A stretch of DNA of 64,000 nt from Polynucleobacter meluiroseus (lineage in GTDB: Bacteria > Pseudomonadota > Gammaproteobacteria > Burkholderiales > Burkholderiaceae): positions 11,923-75,922 of the forward strand of contig CAMDUR010000005.1 of the NCBI GenBank assembly GCA_945879115.1, given 5' to 3'. Made by a program: the position numbers and the translations under genes. Shown here piece after piece: positions 1-11,375 of the stretch. Each line of letters opens with the position of its first letter. The first letter of the stretch is position 1. The notes under the pieces are model-generated. The model made no database searches, was not told the DNA's origin, and saw only the letters and a list, made by a program, of their open reading frames with translations.

Positions 1-242
1 GAAAAAAATTAGACGTTTTGCCAAGAGGTTCTGATGCTGTCGCTCGTTGTGAGCCTATTTATGAGACTTTCCCGGGCTGGAAAGGAAGTACAGTGGGTAT
101 CCAAGACTGGAATCAATTACCTAAGGAAGCTCAGAGTTATTTGAAACGAGTCGAAGAGGTTGCTTGTGTGCCGATTGCTATGGTTTCAACGGGCCCTGAT
201 CGGAATGAAACTATTTTGCTTCAGCATCCTTTCGAAGCTTAA
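1..242 (+). CDS. purA: adenylosuccinate synthetase, C-terminal fragment (5' end outside window)
   Basis: ORF is open to the left edge. The tail ...[15 protein letters not shown]...[18 protein letters not shown] matches the conserved PurA C-terminus. Stop at 240-242. Confidence 0.85.
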   Translation, partial: KKLDVLPRGSDAVARCEPIYETFPGWKGSTVGIQDWNQLPKEAQSYLKRVEEVACVPIAMVSTGPDRNETILLQHPFEA

Positions 243-260
243 ACAGATACTTTTATCCCT

Positions 261-292
261 AAAGCGCGTTTTAACCCAACGCGCTTTTTCAT
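261..292 (+). terminator. rho-independent terminator after purA
   Basis: Perfect 10-bp stem AAAGCGCGTT (261-270) / AACGCGCTTT (278-287) with a 7-nt loop, running into a T5 tract. Confidence 0.7.
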
Positions 293-378
293 TGGTATAT
301 AGGCTAATTTAACCAATTTCAGTAAATTATAGTCTTCAGAATATTGTGAATTGTCACATTAATATAAGACAATAGGTC

Positions 379-2958
379 ATGACTAAAAAAAGCAATAAAG
401 GGACTTTGGCACTATCAGATGCTATAGCCCGACAACTACCAGAAAAGCAAGGAACTGTTCAGGGTCATCGTGATGGCTTTGGTTTTGTTATCCCTGATGA
501 TGGCGGTGAAGATGTGTTCTTGAACGAGCGTGAGATGTCTCGTGTCATGCATCAAGATAAAGTCATTATTAAAGTTTCTGGTGTTGATCGCCGCGGACGA
601 CCTGAGGGTCAAATCAGTGAAGTATTGATACATGCCAATAAATTTGTCATTGGAAGATTACTCAATGAAAACGGTGTATTGATTTGCGCTCCTGAAGATA
701 AGCGTATTGGCCACGATATTCTGATTCCGCCTAAGGGGCAGGGAAATGCTAAGTTAAATCAAGTTGTTTCAGTTGAAATCATTGATTACCCAGATAGTTA
801 TCGCCAAGCAGTTGGTCGAGTTGTTGAAGTGCTTGGTGAAATCGATGATCCTGGTATGGAAATAGAAATTGCGGTACGCAAGTACGGTGTGCCGCATGAA
901 TTTTCGCCAGCCGCCATGAAAGAAGCTGAGTTATTACCAGATGAAATTCGTGAACAAGATCTTGAGGGCAGAATTGATCTAAGAGACATTCCTTTGGTGA
1001 CGATTGATGGCGAGGATGCTAGGGACTTTGATGATGCCGTTTATTGTGAGCCTGTAGCATGGGGTAAAGATAAAGCTTGGCGTTTGATTGTTGCTATTGC
1101 GGACGTATCGCATTACGTCAAGCCGGACCATCCCTTAGACACCGATGCAATTACACGTGCTACATCAGTATATTTCCCGCGTCGTGTTATCCCAATGCTG
1201 CCAGAAAAGATCTCAAATGGTCTTTGCTCACTGAAGCCTGAAGTGGATCGCTTATGTATGGTTTGTGATGCTGTGATTGATCTTCACGGTGAAGTGCAGG
1301 CTTATCAGTTTTATCCAGCTGTCATGCACTCAGCCCAAAGATTTACATACAACACTGTTTGGGAAATTTTAAGCAATTCTAAAGGCCCAGAAGCCGCTAG
1401 GTTCAAAGATCTTAAAAAGAATCTAGATCGTCTATACAGCCTTTATAAAGTATTAAGAGCAGCAAGAGATAAACGTGGTGCCATTGATTTTGAAACAACA
1501 GAAACTCAGATTATCAGTAACTCATTAGGTAAGATTGAGCGGATCGAACCTCGGGTTCGTAATGAAGCTCATCGAGTTATTGAAGAGTGTATGTTGGCAG
1601 CTAACGTTTGCGCCGCTGACTTTCTAGATAAAAATGGTCATGCATCTTTATTCCGAGTTCATGCTGAACCCTCTGCAGAAAAGTTGATGACTCTTAAGCA
1701 AGTTCTAAGAACTGCAGGGCTTCACTTAGGTGGCTCAGATAAACCGAGACCTAAGGACTTTGCAAAACTGATTGAAGAGATCAAGCCACGCCCAGATGCC
1801 AGTATGTTGCAGTCAGTCGTGCTTAGATCCATGCAACAAGCTGTTTATCAACCGGATAACTATGGACACTTTGGTTTGTCTTATGATGCTTATGCTCATT
1901 TCACAAGTCCGATTCGACGTTACCCCGATTTACTAGTTCATCGTTCTATTAAAGCGATTCTCGCTAAAAAGAAATATTCTCCAGTGATACCTGAGGAAGT
2001 CGTGCTTAACTTAGCTATGCCTAAGAGGGGTCCTGGTCGTGTTAATGCTGTCAATGCTAAAAAATCGCACGAAGATGCCAAATCAAATCCTGCAGCAAAA
2101 ACCACGCGTGGTTCTAAAGCCAAAGAAGAAGCTTCAAAAGCACTAGCTGCCTGGTCGCAGTTAGGAGTGCATTGTTCTTCCAACGAACGTCGCGCTGATG
2201 AGGCCTCGCGTGATGTTGAAGCTTGGTTAAAGTGTTATTACATGCGTGATCATTTAGGTCAAGAGTATGCTGGCACCATTACTGGTGTTGCCACATTTGG
2301 ATTATTTGTTCAACTAGAAAGCTTATTCGTTGAGGGCATGATCCACATCAGCGAATTAGGCGGTGACTATTATCAGTACGATGAGGCGCGCCAAGAACTT
2401 AGAGGTGAGCGCACAGGCATTCGTTATCGATTAACAGACCGAGTTCATGTGCTAGTTAGTCGCGTTGATTTAGATGCTAGGCGTATTGAATTTAGCTTAG
2501 TTAAGCCAGGTGATAAACCAGGCGTTCTAGGTGCTGGAACTATAGGATCCAGCACCAGATCTGGCGACCGTTTTTCTGGTAAAGATCGTGGTCAAGGTAA
2601 CCAGTCAAATCGTGGATCTACTTCTGGCTCACGTTTTGGTCAAGGCCCAGGTAAAGGACCAAGTAAAGGGCCAAGTAAAGGTGCTGGAGCAAAGAAATCA
2701 TCCTCGCGTTCGCGGAGTAGTTCAAGAGCCAATCCAAGCTCCAGTGCCGCTCAAGCAGGCGTTAGAACACCGGGATCGACAAGCTCTTTAACAGCGGTTG
2801 ATGAGCTAGCTATTAGACCAACCGCAAAGGCTGCAACCAAAGTAGCAGAAACTGCATCTAAAAAACCAGCCGCTGCAAAAGCAGGTAAAAAACCTAAAAA
2901 AGCCAGTAATGCCAAATCCAAAGGGCATGAATTAAGTATTCGTAAAGGTCGTCGTTAA
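379..2958 (+). CDS. rnr: ribonuclease R (3'-5' exoribonuclease)
   Basis: 859-aa ORF. RNB core motifs ([39 protein letters not shown]), an S1 domain ([15 protein letters not shown]...HISEL), and a long Lys/Ser/Gly/Ala-rich basic tail. Confidence 0.95.
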   Translation: MTKKSNKGTLALSDAIARQLPEKQGTVQGHRDGFGFVIPDDGGEDVFLNEREMSRVMHQDKVIIKVSGVDRRGRPEGQISEVLIHANKFVIGRLLNENGVLICAPEDKRIGHDILIPPKGQGNAKLNQVVSVEIIDYPDSYRQAVGRVVEVLGEIDDPGMEIEIAVRKYGVPHEFSPAAMKEAELLPDEIREQDLEGRIDLRDIPLVTIDGEDARDFDDAVYCEPVAWGKDKAWRLIVAIADVSHYVKPDHPLDTDAITRATSVYFPRRVIPMLPEKISNGLCSLKPEVDRLCMVCDAVIDLHGEVQAYQFYPAVMHSAQRFTYNTVWEILSNSKGPEAARFKDLKKNLDRLYSLYKVLRAARDKRGAIDFETTETQIISNSLGKIERIEPRVRNEAHRVIEECMLAANVCAADFLDKNGHASLFRVHAEPSAEKLMTLKQVLRTAGLHLGGSDKPRPKDFAKLIEEIKPRPDASMLQSVVLRSMQQAVYQPDNYGHFGLSYDAYAHFTSPIRRYPDLLVHRSIKAILAKKKYSPVIPEEVVLNLAMPKRGPGRVNAVNAKKSHEDAKSNPAAKTTRGSKAKEEASKALAAWSQLGVHCSSNERRADEASRDVEAWLKCYYMRDHLGQEYAGTITGVATFGLFVQLESLFVEGMIHISELGGDYYQYDEARQELRGERTGIRYRLTDRVHVLVSRVDLDARRIEFSLVKPGDKPGVLGAGTIGSSTRSGDRFSGKDRGQGNQSNRGSTSGSRFGQGPGKGPSKGPSKGAGAKKSSSRSRSSSRANPSSSAAQAGVRTPGSTSSLTAVDELAIRPTAKAATKVAETASKKPAAAKAGKKPKKASNAKSKGHELSIRKGRR
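2644..2679 (+). repeat. in-frame 12-nt tandem repeat x3 inside the rnr tail
   Basis: ggcccaggtaaa / ggaccaagtaaa / gggccaagtaaa, encoding [12 protein letters not shown]. Confidence 0.8.
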
Positions 2959-3758
2959 TGTCAGATAGAGAACAAAAAGAAAACACAAAACAAGATTCAA
3001 AGCAGGGTGGTGATGGTAAACAAATGATCTTAGGCTTTCATGCAGTGATTGCAAGATTGCGTCAAGATCCAGAATCCTTAAGAACTGTTTATGTTGACCC
3101 AGCACGCCGGGATCGTCGTATGCAAGACTTTATTAAATCTGCTGAGCCGATCTTAGGTAGAAGATTGCATCAAGCTGATACGGAACGCTTAAGAACTCTT
3201 GCAGGTAATGATCGCCATCAGGGAGTTGTTGCTTTTGCAGACACGATTTCAAAAGTTCAGACCTTAGATGAGTTGTTGGACGCACTTCAAGGCCCAGCAT
3301 TATTATTAATTTTAGATGGCGTGACTGATCCACATAATCTAGGCGCATGTCTTCGTGTGGCTGATGGTGCTGGTGTCGATGCAGTGATTGTTCCTAAGGA
3401 TCGTTCAGCCCACTTAAATGCAACAGTGAGTAAAGTTGCCAGTGGTGCAGCTGAGACCATGCCTTTGATCGCTGTGACCAATTTAGCAAGAACCATGCGA
3501 GATCTTCAAGAGGCTGGTGTTTGGTTAATTGGTACGGACGATCAATCAGAAAAAACTCTTTACGATATTGATTTGAGTGGACCTGTTGCAATCGTGATGG
3601 GTGCTGAAGGTGAGGGTATGCGCCGCCTAACTCGCGAGACTTGCGATGAGTTAGTTAAAATACCTATGTCAGGCGGTGTTGAAAGTCTTAACGTTTCGGT
3701 AGCCAGCGGTGTTTGCCTATATGAAGCAAGACGCCAAAGAATGCTTAAGGGTGTCTAA
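2958..3758 (+). CDS. rlmB: 23S rRNA (guanosine-2'-O)-methyltransferase RlmB (SpoU/TrmH family)
   Basis: SpoU motifs [32 protein letters not shown] and [20 protein letters not shown] overlap with the rnr stop. The rnr-rlmB order is the classical arrangement. Confidence 0.9.
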   Translation: MSDREQKENTKQDSKQGGDGKQMILGFHAVIARLRQDPESLRTVYVDPARRDRRMQDFIKSAEPILGRRLHQADTERLRTLAGNDRHQGVVAFADTISKVQTLDELLDALQGPALLLILDGVTDPHNLGACLRVADGAGVDAVIVPKDRSAHLNATVSKVASGAAETMPLIAVTNLARTMRDLQEAGVWLIGTDDQSEKTLYDIDLSGPVAIVMGAEGEGMRRLTRETCDELVKIPMSGGVESLNVSVASGVCLYEARRQRMLKGV

Positions 3759-3788
3759 GTCTCTTATCTTAAATAAAGATAAATAAAT

Positions 3789-4736
3789 TTAGGCTTGTAA
3801 AACTTTCTCAAGCTTTTCAATATCCGTACAGAATAAACGAATACCTTCTGATAGTTTTTCAGTTGCCATCCCATCCTGATTTAACTGATAACGGAATGAC
3901 TTTTCATCTGCATTGATTTCATCAATACTCATCAACTGAGATAAATCAACTCTCAAGGCAGCTTGTAAAGAACCATTCTTACTTTGGAGTTCGGACAGTA
4001 ACTCCGGGCTAATGGTTAATAAATCACAACCAGCTAAGTTGGTGATTTGGCCGATATTTCTAAAGCTGGCCCCCATGACTTCGGTTTTAATTCCGAACTT
4101 CTTGTAGTAGTGATAAATATTTTTGACTGATACAACCCCAGGATCATTAGCGCCACCATGAATTTCATCACGCCACTCAGATCCAAGAGATTTTTTGTGC
4201 CAATCGGTGATACGACCAACAAAGGGAGAAATCAACTGAGCTTTAGCATCGGCACAAGCAACTGCTTGTATCAAACTGAACAAGAGGGTCATATTGCAGG
4301 TGATACCTTCGGCCTGCAGAATTTTGGCTGCCTGGATACCTTCCCAAGTACTGGCAATTTTGATGAGGATCCTATTTTTAGAGATACCTTTTGATTCATA
4401 AGCGGAGATAATCTCTCGTGCTTTTTGAACGGTTGCTTCTGTATCAAAGGAAAGACGAGCATCTACTTCAGTCGAAACCCGACCGGGGACGATCTTCAGT
4501 ATCTCCATACCAAACGCAACGAGCAAAGCATCAATCACTTGATCGACTGGCTGACCAGAAGTATCACTTTTAACCTTTTGAATCAGGTTTTGATAACTAG
4601 GTAGTTGGGCAGCTTTTAGGATCAGTGATGGATTGGTGGTCGCATCTTGAGGTAAGAAGGCCCTCATGCGCTCAAAGTCACCCGTATCGGCAACCACGGT
4701 CGTATATTGTTTTAATTGTTCTAGTAGTGTGCTCAT
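3789..4736 (-). CDS. tal: transaldolase (TalB type)
   Basis: 315 aa. N-terminus [10 protein letters not shown], plus ATTNPSL and the Schiff-base lysine context [13 protein letters not shown]. Confidence 0.93.
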   Translation of the reverse strand: MSTLLEQLKQYTTVVADTGDFERMRAFLPQDATTNPSLILKAAQLPSYQNLIQKVKSDTSGQPVDQVIDALLVAFGMEILKIVPGRVSTEVDARLSFDTEATVQKAREIISAYESKGISKNRILIKIASTWEGIQAAKILQAEGITCNMTLLFSLIQAVACADAKAQLISPFVGRITDWHKKSLGSEWRDEIHGGANDPGVVSVKNIYHYYKKFGIKTEVMGASFRNIGQITNLAGCDLLTISPELLSELQSKNGSLQAALRVDLSQLMSIDEINADEKSFRYQLNQDGMATEKLSEGIRLFCTDIEKLEKVLQA

Positions 4737-4834
4737 TGGACTATTTTAGAATGTATCTGTGTATAAAATGATTTTTCTAGCAATTTTTACTGAATAATGA
4801 AGTCTATTCAACTCTAACAGCCCAGAAGCGATTA

Positions 4835-5533
4835 ATGAACATGTTTACTCAGGACCAATTAAAACAAATGGTAGCAGATGCTGCCAAGGATGAAGTTCTA
4901 AAAAATATGGCGCCTGGTGGGATCCTAGGTATTGGCACAGGATCAACTGCTAATTTATTTATAGATGCTTTGGCACCTCATCAAAAGCACTTCGCTGGAG
5001 TAGTTTCCAGTTCTCAAGCGAGTACTGATCGTTTAAAAAAGCACGGCTTTATTGTTTTGGATAGTAATACTGTCACCAGTTTGCCGATGTATGTGGATGG
5101 CGCTGATGAGATTGATCCAAAGGGTCATATGTTGAAAGGTGGCGGTGGTGCTCTAACACGCGAAAAAATTGTTGCTCAACTTGCCCAATCATTTATTTGT
5201 ATTTGTGATGCCAGTAAAGAGGTGGATGTGATCGGAAAGTTTCCTGTTCCTGTGGAAGTGATCCCTATGGCGCAAGCTCAGATAAGTAGAGCATTGGAAA
5301 AATTGGGTGGGGTAGTCACTTTAAGAAAAGTGAAGAATAGCGATCAAGTATTTGTGACGGACAATCAGGCTTGGATTTTAGATGTGGCTGGATTAAAGGT
5401 AAGCGATCCGGTCAGATTAGAGTCTGAAATCAACCAGATACCTGGTGTTGTTTGTAATGGACTGTTTGCCAGAAGAAAAGCGGATGTCTTATTAGTTGGC
5501 GGCCCCGATGGCATTAGACGCTTGGTTTACTAA
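4835..5533 (+). CDS. rpiA: ribose-5-phosphate isomerase A
   Basis: 232 aa with motifs GIGTGSTA, VDGADEID and KGGGGALTREK. The start could also be the ATG two codons downstream. Confidence 0.92.
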   Translation: MNMFTQDQLKQMVADAAKDEVLKNMAPGGILGIGTGSTANLFIDALAPHQKHFAGVVSSSQASTDRLKKHGFIVLDSNTVTSLPMYVDGADEIDPKGHMLKGGGGALTREKIVAQLAQSFICICDASKEVDVIGKFPVPVEVIPMAQAQISRALEKLGGVVTLRKVKNSDQVFVTDNQAWILDVAGLKVSDPVRLESEINQIPGVVCNGLFARRKADVLLVGGPDGIRRLVY

Positions 5534-5565
5534 ATTCAAGCTCTAAAAAACATAAAACTATAAAT

Positions 5566-5589
5566 AAGGACGCCGTAGCGTCCTTTTTT
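5566..5589. terminator. hairpin terminator shared by convergent rpiA and yggX
   Basis: Stem AAGGACGC (5566-5573) / GCGTCCTT (5578-5585) with a 4-nt loop. T-run follows on the plus strand and an A/T-rich tail on the minus strand. Confidence 0.65.
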
Positions 5590-5613
5590 ATTAGTCATAG
5601 TGAAATTTAAATA

Positions 5614-5886
5614 TTACTTGGCTTCTGGAACATAACCTTGAACACCATCAGCGCCATCACCATAAAAGTATTTCTCAACTTGCTTGAGTAAGTATTGGCG
5701 AGCACGTGTATCAGCCATATTGAGCCGATTTTCATTAATCAACATGGTTTGATGCTTTAACCAGCCAGCCCATGCCTCTTTAGAAACCTCTTGCCATAGC
5801 TTCTTACCTATTTCGCCAGGCATGGGTGCGAAATCTAAGCCTTCAGCTTCTTTGTTTAACTTAATACATTGAACCATACGAGTCAT
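5614..5886 (-). CDS. yggX: Fe(2+)-trafficking / oxidative damage protection protein YggX family
   Basis: 90 aa. MTRMVQC...[14 protein letters not shown]...EAW..WL..QTMLINE.RLN is the typical YggX pattern. Confidence 0.85.
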   Translation of the reverse strand: MTRMVQCIKLNKEAEGLDFAPMPGEIGKKLWQEVSKEAWAGWLKHQTMLINENRLNMADTRARQYLLKQVEKYFYGDGADGVQGYVPEAK

Positions 5887-5917
5887 CTTGCTACTCCGTT
5901 ATTACTAAAGTGATTAA

Positions 5918-7255
5918 TTATAGTTTTTTAATTAAAACCATGGATTTACGCTCCCAGTTATAGAGCTCTTTACGCTCCACTGGAAGATCATCAACGCTGG
6001 CACGAACAAAGCCACGTTTTAAAAACCAATGCTCTGTTCTTGTTGTAAGAACAAATAATTTATTAAGACCCGCAGCCTTAGCTCTGGCTTCGATTCTTTT
6101 TAATAAACGCTCACCGTCACCTGACTCTTGGGCTTTCGGATCCACCGCTAAGCAGGATAATTCACCGACGCCGTTGGCGTAGGTGAGAAGTGCTGCACAA
6201 CCAAAGAGAACCCTATCATGCTCAATCACTGAGAAATGAGTAATATCACGTTCGATGACGTCACGACCACGTGCAACGAGGATGCCCTCATCGCCTAGCG
6301 GCTCGATCAATTGCAAAATGCCACCCACATCATCTAAATTGGCTTCCCGCAGATGCTCGATATCAGACGCTGCAATCATCGTACTGATGCCGTCATGCGT
6401 AAAGAGTTCTTCTAAAAGAGCACCATCACGATCGTGAGGAAGCAGGTGAACTCGACTGACACCCGACCTAATTGCGCGAATGGCGTTTTGTAAGAGAACT
6501 TTGAGATCTGCCTCTTCCAAGGTGAGGTCAGCAATATGCTCTTCTAATTGACGCAAAGAAAACTCTTTGATGAGCTCACCATCCGAATTGGTAATGCCGT
6601 TGTACTCAGTCAAGAAAATTAGCTTATCCGCCTTAACTGCCATGGCTGCTGCTGTTGCAACATCTTCATAGGCAATATTAAATGCCTGACCCGTTGGAGA
6701 GAAACCAAGGGGAGACATTAAAACAATCTTGTTGTTGATCAAAGAATGATGAATGGATTCTGAATCAACCTTGCGAACTAAACCGGTGTGTATAAAGTCA
6801 ACGCCATCAACAATACCAACGGGTCTCGCAATAATGAAGTTACCTGAGATTACAGAAATACGAGAGCCTGCCATAGGCGTATTAGGCAAACCTTGACTAA
6901 AGGCCGCTTCGATATCAAGACGTAATTCGCCCGAAGCTTCCTTGGCGCACTCAAGCGCAGCGGGATCGGTAATACGGTAGCCACTCATGGCACCAGTGCC
7001 GTAGATGCTACTGACTTTTCTAAGGTCTAATTGTTCTTGGACTTGTGGACGAGAGCCATGAACCAGCACAATACGCATGCCCATGGCATGAAGCATGGCA
7101 ACATCTTGTATTAAAGCTTCTAAACCGCCTTTTTGCACCAGTTCACCGGCAAACCCAATCACAAAGGTTTTACCTCTAAAACTGTGGATGTAGGGAGCTA
7201 CATCGCGCAGCCAAGCAACGAAGGGAAAATTATTTTGTACTTGATTAGTAGGCAT
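5918..7255 (-). CDS. argA: amino-acid N-acetyltransferase (N-acetylglutamate synthase)
   Basis: 445 aa. N-terminal amino-acid-kinase fold (VAPYIHSFRGKTFVIGFAGE) and a C-terminal GNAT domain. Length and N-terminus are collinear with ArgA. Confidence 0.9.
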   Translation of the reverse strand: MPTNQVQNNFPFVAWLRDVAPYIHSFRGKTFVIGFAGELVQKGGLEALIQDVAMLHAMGMRIVLVHGSRPQVQEQLDLRKVSSIYGTGAMSGYRITDPAALECAKEASGELRLDIEAAFSQGLPNTPMAGSRISVISGNFIIARPVGIVDGVDFIHTGLVRKVDSESIHHSLINNKIVLMSPLGFSPTGQAFNIAYEDVATAAAMAVKADKLIFLTEYNGITNSDGELIKEFSLRQLEEHIADLTLEEADLKVLLQNAIRAIRSGVSRVHLLPHDRDGALLEELFTHDGISTMIAASDIEHLREANLDDVGGILQLIEPLGDEGILVARGRDVIERDITHFSVIEHDRVLFGCAALLTYANGVGELSCLAVDPKAQESGDGERLLKRIEARAKAAGLNKLFVLTTRTEHWFLKRGFVRASVDDLPVERKELYNWERKSMVLIKKL

Positions 7256-7286
7256 AGTGGAAAATTATAGGGTGCAACCAGTAAAA

Positions 7287-10200
7287 ATGACCAAAAATTT
7301 GAAAATTCTGTTTCCTGAGGCTTTGCCGGTATCCGGACAGCGGGAGAGGATTACTCAAGCTTTGGAGCAAAATCAGGTCATTATTGTATGTGGCGAAACT
7401 GGTTCTGGAAAGACCACCCAGCTCCCAAAGATCTGTTTGGCAATGGGTCGAGGCCGCGCGAATGGTACCGAAAAACTGATTGGACACACTCAGCCAAGGC
7501 GTATTGCTGCCACATCCACTGCCAAGAGAATCGCTCAAGAAATCGGTAGTCCAATAGGCGAGGATGTGGGCTATCAGGTCCGTTTCGCAGATAAAACAAG
7601 CTCAACCGCCTCTATTAAGCTGATGACGGACGGCATTTTGTTAGCTGAGACCCAGCGTGACCCTATGCTCAATGCCTATGACACCATCATCATCGATGAG
7701 GCCCATGAGCGCAGTTTAAATATTGATTTCTTATTAGGTTATTTGAGGCTGTTATTACCAAAGCGTCCAGATTTAAAGGTCATCGTGACATCTGCCACCA
7801 TTGACGCAGATCGTTTTGCAAGACACTTTGGCACTCCTGATCATCCGGCTCCAGTGATTGAGGTCAGTGGGCGTTTATTTCCGGTGGAGCTTCGTTATCG
7901 CGCACTTCAGATCGAGGGTAAGAAAGAGCTAAGAGAAATCCCTGAAGCAGTGGTTGATGGGATTAATGAATTATGGGGACAGGGCTCTCAAAGTTCTGGC
8001 GATATATTGGTTTTCTTGCCCGGTGAGCGAGAAATTCGGGATTGTGCAGAGGCCATTAGAAAAGACCATGTTCTCAGTCAACGTTTCCACGCAGAGGTAT
8101 TAAGTCTATTTGCTCGTCAATCCGTAACTGAACAGGAGAAAGTTTTCCAAGGTGGTGGTGGCCGACGCATCATATTAGCAACCAATGTGGCAGAAACATC
8201 TTTAACGGTTCCTGGCATTCGTTTCGTGATTGATGTGGGGCTTGCTAGGGTTAAACGCTATTCTTACCGTAATAAAGTAGAGCAACTTCAAGTAGAGGCT
8301 ATTTCACAAGCTGCTGCTAATCAAAGAGCCGGTCGTTGTGGTCGCGTTTCTGATGGTATTTGCATCAGACTTTATGCTGAGAGTGATTATTTAGCGCGCC
8401 CTAAATTTACCGATCCAGAGATTTTAAGAAGTTCACTAGCGGCAGTCATACTTCGCATGCGTTCCCTTAAGTTGCCACGGATACAAGACTTTCCTTTCAT
8501 CGAGCCTCCGCTGGGTCGCGCTATTACCGACGGTATTCAATTGCTTGAAGAGTTAGGTGCGATGGAGTCTGAAGGGCCTCGTCAGGGTGCCTTAACTCCC
8601 ATCGGTAAGCAGTTGGCAGCTTTGCCATTAGATCCTCGCGTGGGCCGTATGTTGTTAGCAGCCAAAGAACATCAAGCTTTACGAGAGGTTTTGATCATTG
8701 CCACAGCTATGGCTAGTCAGGATCCTAGGGATCGACCGATGGAATATGCTCAGGCTGCAGATGCAGCTCACAAAACTTTTGCTGATGAACGCTCTGAATT
8801 TTTATCTTTTGTGAAAATTTGGGATTGGTATCAAGAGGCACTAGTCCATAAGCAAAGCAACCGTCAATTAGAACAACTTTGTAAAAGTAAATTTATTTCA
8901 CCAAGACGGATGCGTGAGTGGCGGGATGTTCACGGACAGCTACATCGTTCATTAATGGAGCAGGGTTGGAAAGAAAATGAATCAGCTGCTACTTTTGAAC
9001 AAATTCACTTATCCTTACTAACAGGATTGCTAGGCAATATTGCCAAAAAATCTGAAGATGATAAAAATGGTCCAGGTATCTATGAGGGTGCTAGAGGGAT
9101 TAAATTAAATATCTGGCCAGGCTCGACGATTGGGAAAAAAGCAGGTGCATGGATTTTGGCATCTGAGTTAGTTGAAACGAGTCGATTATTTGCAAGAACA
9201 ATTGCCAAGATAGAGCCTCAATGGGTAGAAAAAGTAGCGGCACACCGATTGCTTAAATCTTGGAGTGATCCATTTTGGGACAGTCGACAGGGTGAGGTGA
9301 TGGCTCATGAGAGAGGAACACTTTATGGGCTGCCTATTTACCACGGTCGTAAAGTGCGCTTCTCACCCAAAGATCCAGAAGAGGCGCGCCGTATCTTTAT
9401 TCAAAGAGCATTGGTTGAGGCTGAGCTATTAGGTCAGGTTGAAGCAGCCAACTCTCAAAAACAATCCGGCTCTATCCTTTCTTTTTTCTGGCACAACCAG
9501 TCATTAATTAAGCAAATCGAAGCTTTAGAACACCGCTCTCGACGTCAAGATGTCTTGGTTGATGAGGAGTTGTTATATGCTTTTTATGATCAGCACTTAT
9601 CCACTAATGTACTAAGTCGGGTAACACTTGAGACCTGGTTAAAGTCAGATGTTAAAAATCCAATTTTATTGAAGTTAGATAAATCTGATTTGATGCGTCA
9701 TGAGGCGGCGGGTATCACTTTGGATCGCTATCCCAAAATCATGAAGATGGCTGGAGGTGAAGTCCAACTCAGTTATCACTTTGAGCCTGGCAGCCCCAAA
9801 GATGGTGTCACGATGATTGTGCCCTTAGCACTTTTGAACCAAATTGATCAACGTCGTTGTGAATGGTTGGTTCCGGGTCTTTGTATTGAAAAAACACAGT
9901 TATATATTAAGTCATTGCCGCAAAAATTAAGAAGAAACTGTGTGCCGCTGCCAGAGTACTCCAAGAAATTTGTGGAGCGCTTAACCGAGGCGAATGCTTT
10001 TGGTGAGGGAGATTTTCTAGAAGCTCTGATTGCAGATATTCGTATTAACACTCAAGTTCAAACCCGCCGCGCTGACTATCGACCTGAAAATCTTCCGACT
10101 CATTGCTTTATGAACTTCCGTTTAGTTGATGAGTATGGCAGGCAAATTGATTTGGATCGCAATCTTGGAAAACTGCGCTCAGAGCATGCCCAATCCGCGA

Positions 10201-11276
10201 GAGAGGTATTTCAGGAAGTCGCTGCTAGTGCTGTCAGTCAACTAGGATCTCAATCTGGTCAATTACAAAACCACGATCAAAGCCAAGCTCGGGGACTTCA
10301 ATCTCTTCAAGAACTGAAGGGTTTAAGAACTTCAGATCAAGGTGAACGATCTCATTCCTCATCGATGGTTGATCAACACAAGCTATCCGCTGGGACGGTG
10401 CCTTCTTTATCCCAAACAGAGCAAATTAAGGATTGGTGTTTTGGCGAATTGCCTGAGATGCTGGAAATTAAAAAGGGGAAACAAACTCTTTATGGTTATC
10501 CAGCATTGGTTGATCATCAAACACATTGCGATATTGAGGTATTTGATGATCCAGAGATAGCCAGAAGAAATCATCGTCAGGGTTTGAGGCGATTGTTTGC
10601 CTTACCAATGAAAGAAACTATTAAATCTCTTCATAAGCAGCTACCAGGAGCTAGAGACTTAAGTTTACTTTTCATGAACATTGGCTCGTCTGATGAGCTG
10701 ATGACGCAAATTATTGAGCTTGCTCTTGATCGTGCTTGTTTAACTGAGCCGCTACCAAACAATGAGTCATCATTTAAAGAGCGTCTAGATACTGGTAAGC
10801 CTAAGTTGGCACTAATTGCTCAAGAGATCGCTCGACACGCTTTAGCAAGTCTTCAGGCATTTGCAGATCTTCAGAAAAAAATGGCTGCTTTAAAAGCATT
10901 ATCAAGTTCTGCGCATGCAGATGTGAGTGCTCAAGTTCAAAAATTGATTCATGCCCAATTTTTAGCTGAAACTCCCTACGAATCTTTGGTGCATATTCCA
11001 AGGTACCTTAAAGCTATTTTGTTGAGGATTGAGAAGTTAAGAACAAATCCTGGTCGTGATGCTCAACTTCAAACAGAGTGGCAATCCATTTACAACCCAT
11101 GGCTTAAGTTGATTCAGTCTCAAAAAGTTTATGGTGGATCTGTTGATGGCCGACTTGATGACATCCGCTGGCAGTTAGAGGAGTTACGTGTTGCTCTTTT
11201 CGCACAAGAATTGAAGACCCCCACGCCTATGTCGACCAAGCGTTTGCAGAAAATCTTAGAGAGTCTACGTAAATAA
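7287..11276 (+). CDS. hrpA: ATP-dependent RNA helicase HrpA (DEAH box)
   Basis: Motifs GETGSGKTTQLPK, DEAHERS, TSAT, TNVAETSLT and QRAGRCGR, plus a long HA2/OB/C-terminal region. I prefer ATG 7287 (MTKNLKILFPEALPVS); the ORF track's GTG 7257 is the alternative. Confidence 0.93.
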   Translation: MTKNLKILFPEALPVSGQRERITQALEQNQVIIVCGETGSGKTTQLPKICLAMGRGRANGTEKLIGHTQPRRIAATSTAKRIAQEIGSPIGEDVGYQVRFADKTSSTASIKLMTDGILLAETQRDPMLNAYDTIIIDEAHERSLNIDFLLGYLRLLLPKRPDLKVIVTSATIDADRFARHFGTPDHPAPVIEVSGRLFPVELRYRALQIEGKKELREIPEAVVDGINELWGQGSQSSGDILVFLPGEREIRDCAEAIRKDHVLSQRFHAEVLSLFARQSVTEQEKVFQGGGGRRIILATNVAETSLTVPGIRFVIDVGLARVKRYSYRNKVEQLQVEAISQAAANQRAGRCGRVSDGICIRLYAESDYLARPKFTDPEILRSSLAAVILRMRSLKLPRIQDFPFIEPPLGRAITDGIQLLEELGAMESEGPRQGALTPIGKQLAALPLDPRVGRMLLAAKEHQALREVLIIATAMASQDPRDRPMEYAQAADAAHKTFADERSEFLSFVKIWDWYQEALVHKQSNRQLEQLCKSKFISPRRMREWRDVHGQLHRSLMEQGWKENESAATFEQIHLSLLTGLLGNIAKKSEDDKNGPGIYEGARGIKLNIWPGSTIGKKAGAWILASELVETSRLFARTIAKIEPQWVEKVAAHRLLKSWSDPFWDSRQGEVMAHERGTLYGLPIYHGRKVRFSPKDPEEARRIFIQRALVEAELLGQVEAANSQKQSGSILSFFWHNQSLIKQIEALEHRSRRQDVLVDEELLYAFYDQHLSTNVLSRVTLETWLKSDVKNPILLKLDKSDLMRHEAAGITLDRYPKIMKMAGGEVQLSYHFEPGSPKDGVTMIVPLALLNQIDQRRCEWLVPGLCIEKTQLYIKSLPQKLRRNCVPLPEYSKKFVERLTEANAFGEGDFLEALIADIRINTQVQTRRADYRPENLPTHCFMNFRLVDEYGRQIDLDRNLGKLRSEHAQSAREVFQEVAASAVSQLGSQSGQLQNHDQSQARGLQSLQELKGLRTSDQGERSHSSSMVDQHKLSAGTVPSLSQTEQIKDWCFGELPEMLEIKKGKQTLYGYPALVDHQTHCDIEVFDDPEIARRNHRQGLRRLFALPMKETIKSLHKQLPGARDLSLLFMNIGSSDELMTQIIELALDRACLTEPLPNNESSFKERLDTGKPKLALIAQEIARHALASLQAFADLQKKMAALKALSSSAHADVSAQVQKLIHAQFLAETPYESLVHIPRYLKAILLRIEKLRTNPGRDAQLQTEWQSIYNPWLKLIQSQKVYGGSVDGRLDDIRWQLEELRVALFAQELKTPTPMSTKRLQKILESLRK

Positions 11277-11375
11277 ATACCTTCTCATTTAATTTAGGTT
11301 TTTCTGTATTGTTATACTTATAAAAAACATAATAAATTAACTTTGTACAACAACTCGTCTTATTAAAGGAGAAAA

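Noticed and set aside
2588-2791. 67-aa alternative-frame ORF within the rnr tail
   Set aside because: It results from the repetitive low-complexity coding sequence of the RNase R tail. There is no independent start context.
3759-3788. AT-only hairpin TTATCTT/AAGATAA between convergent rlmB and tal
   Set aside because: The 7-bp stem is all A/T and has no flanking U-tract on either strand, so it is too weak to call a terminator.
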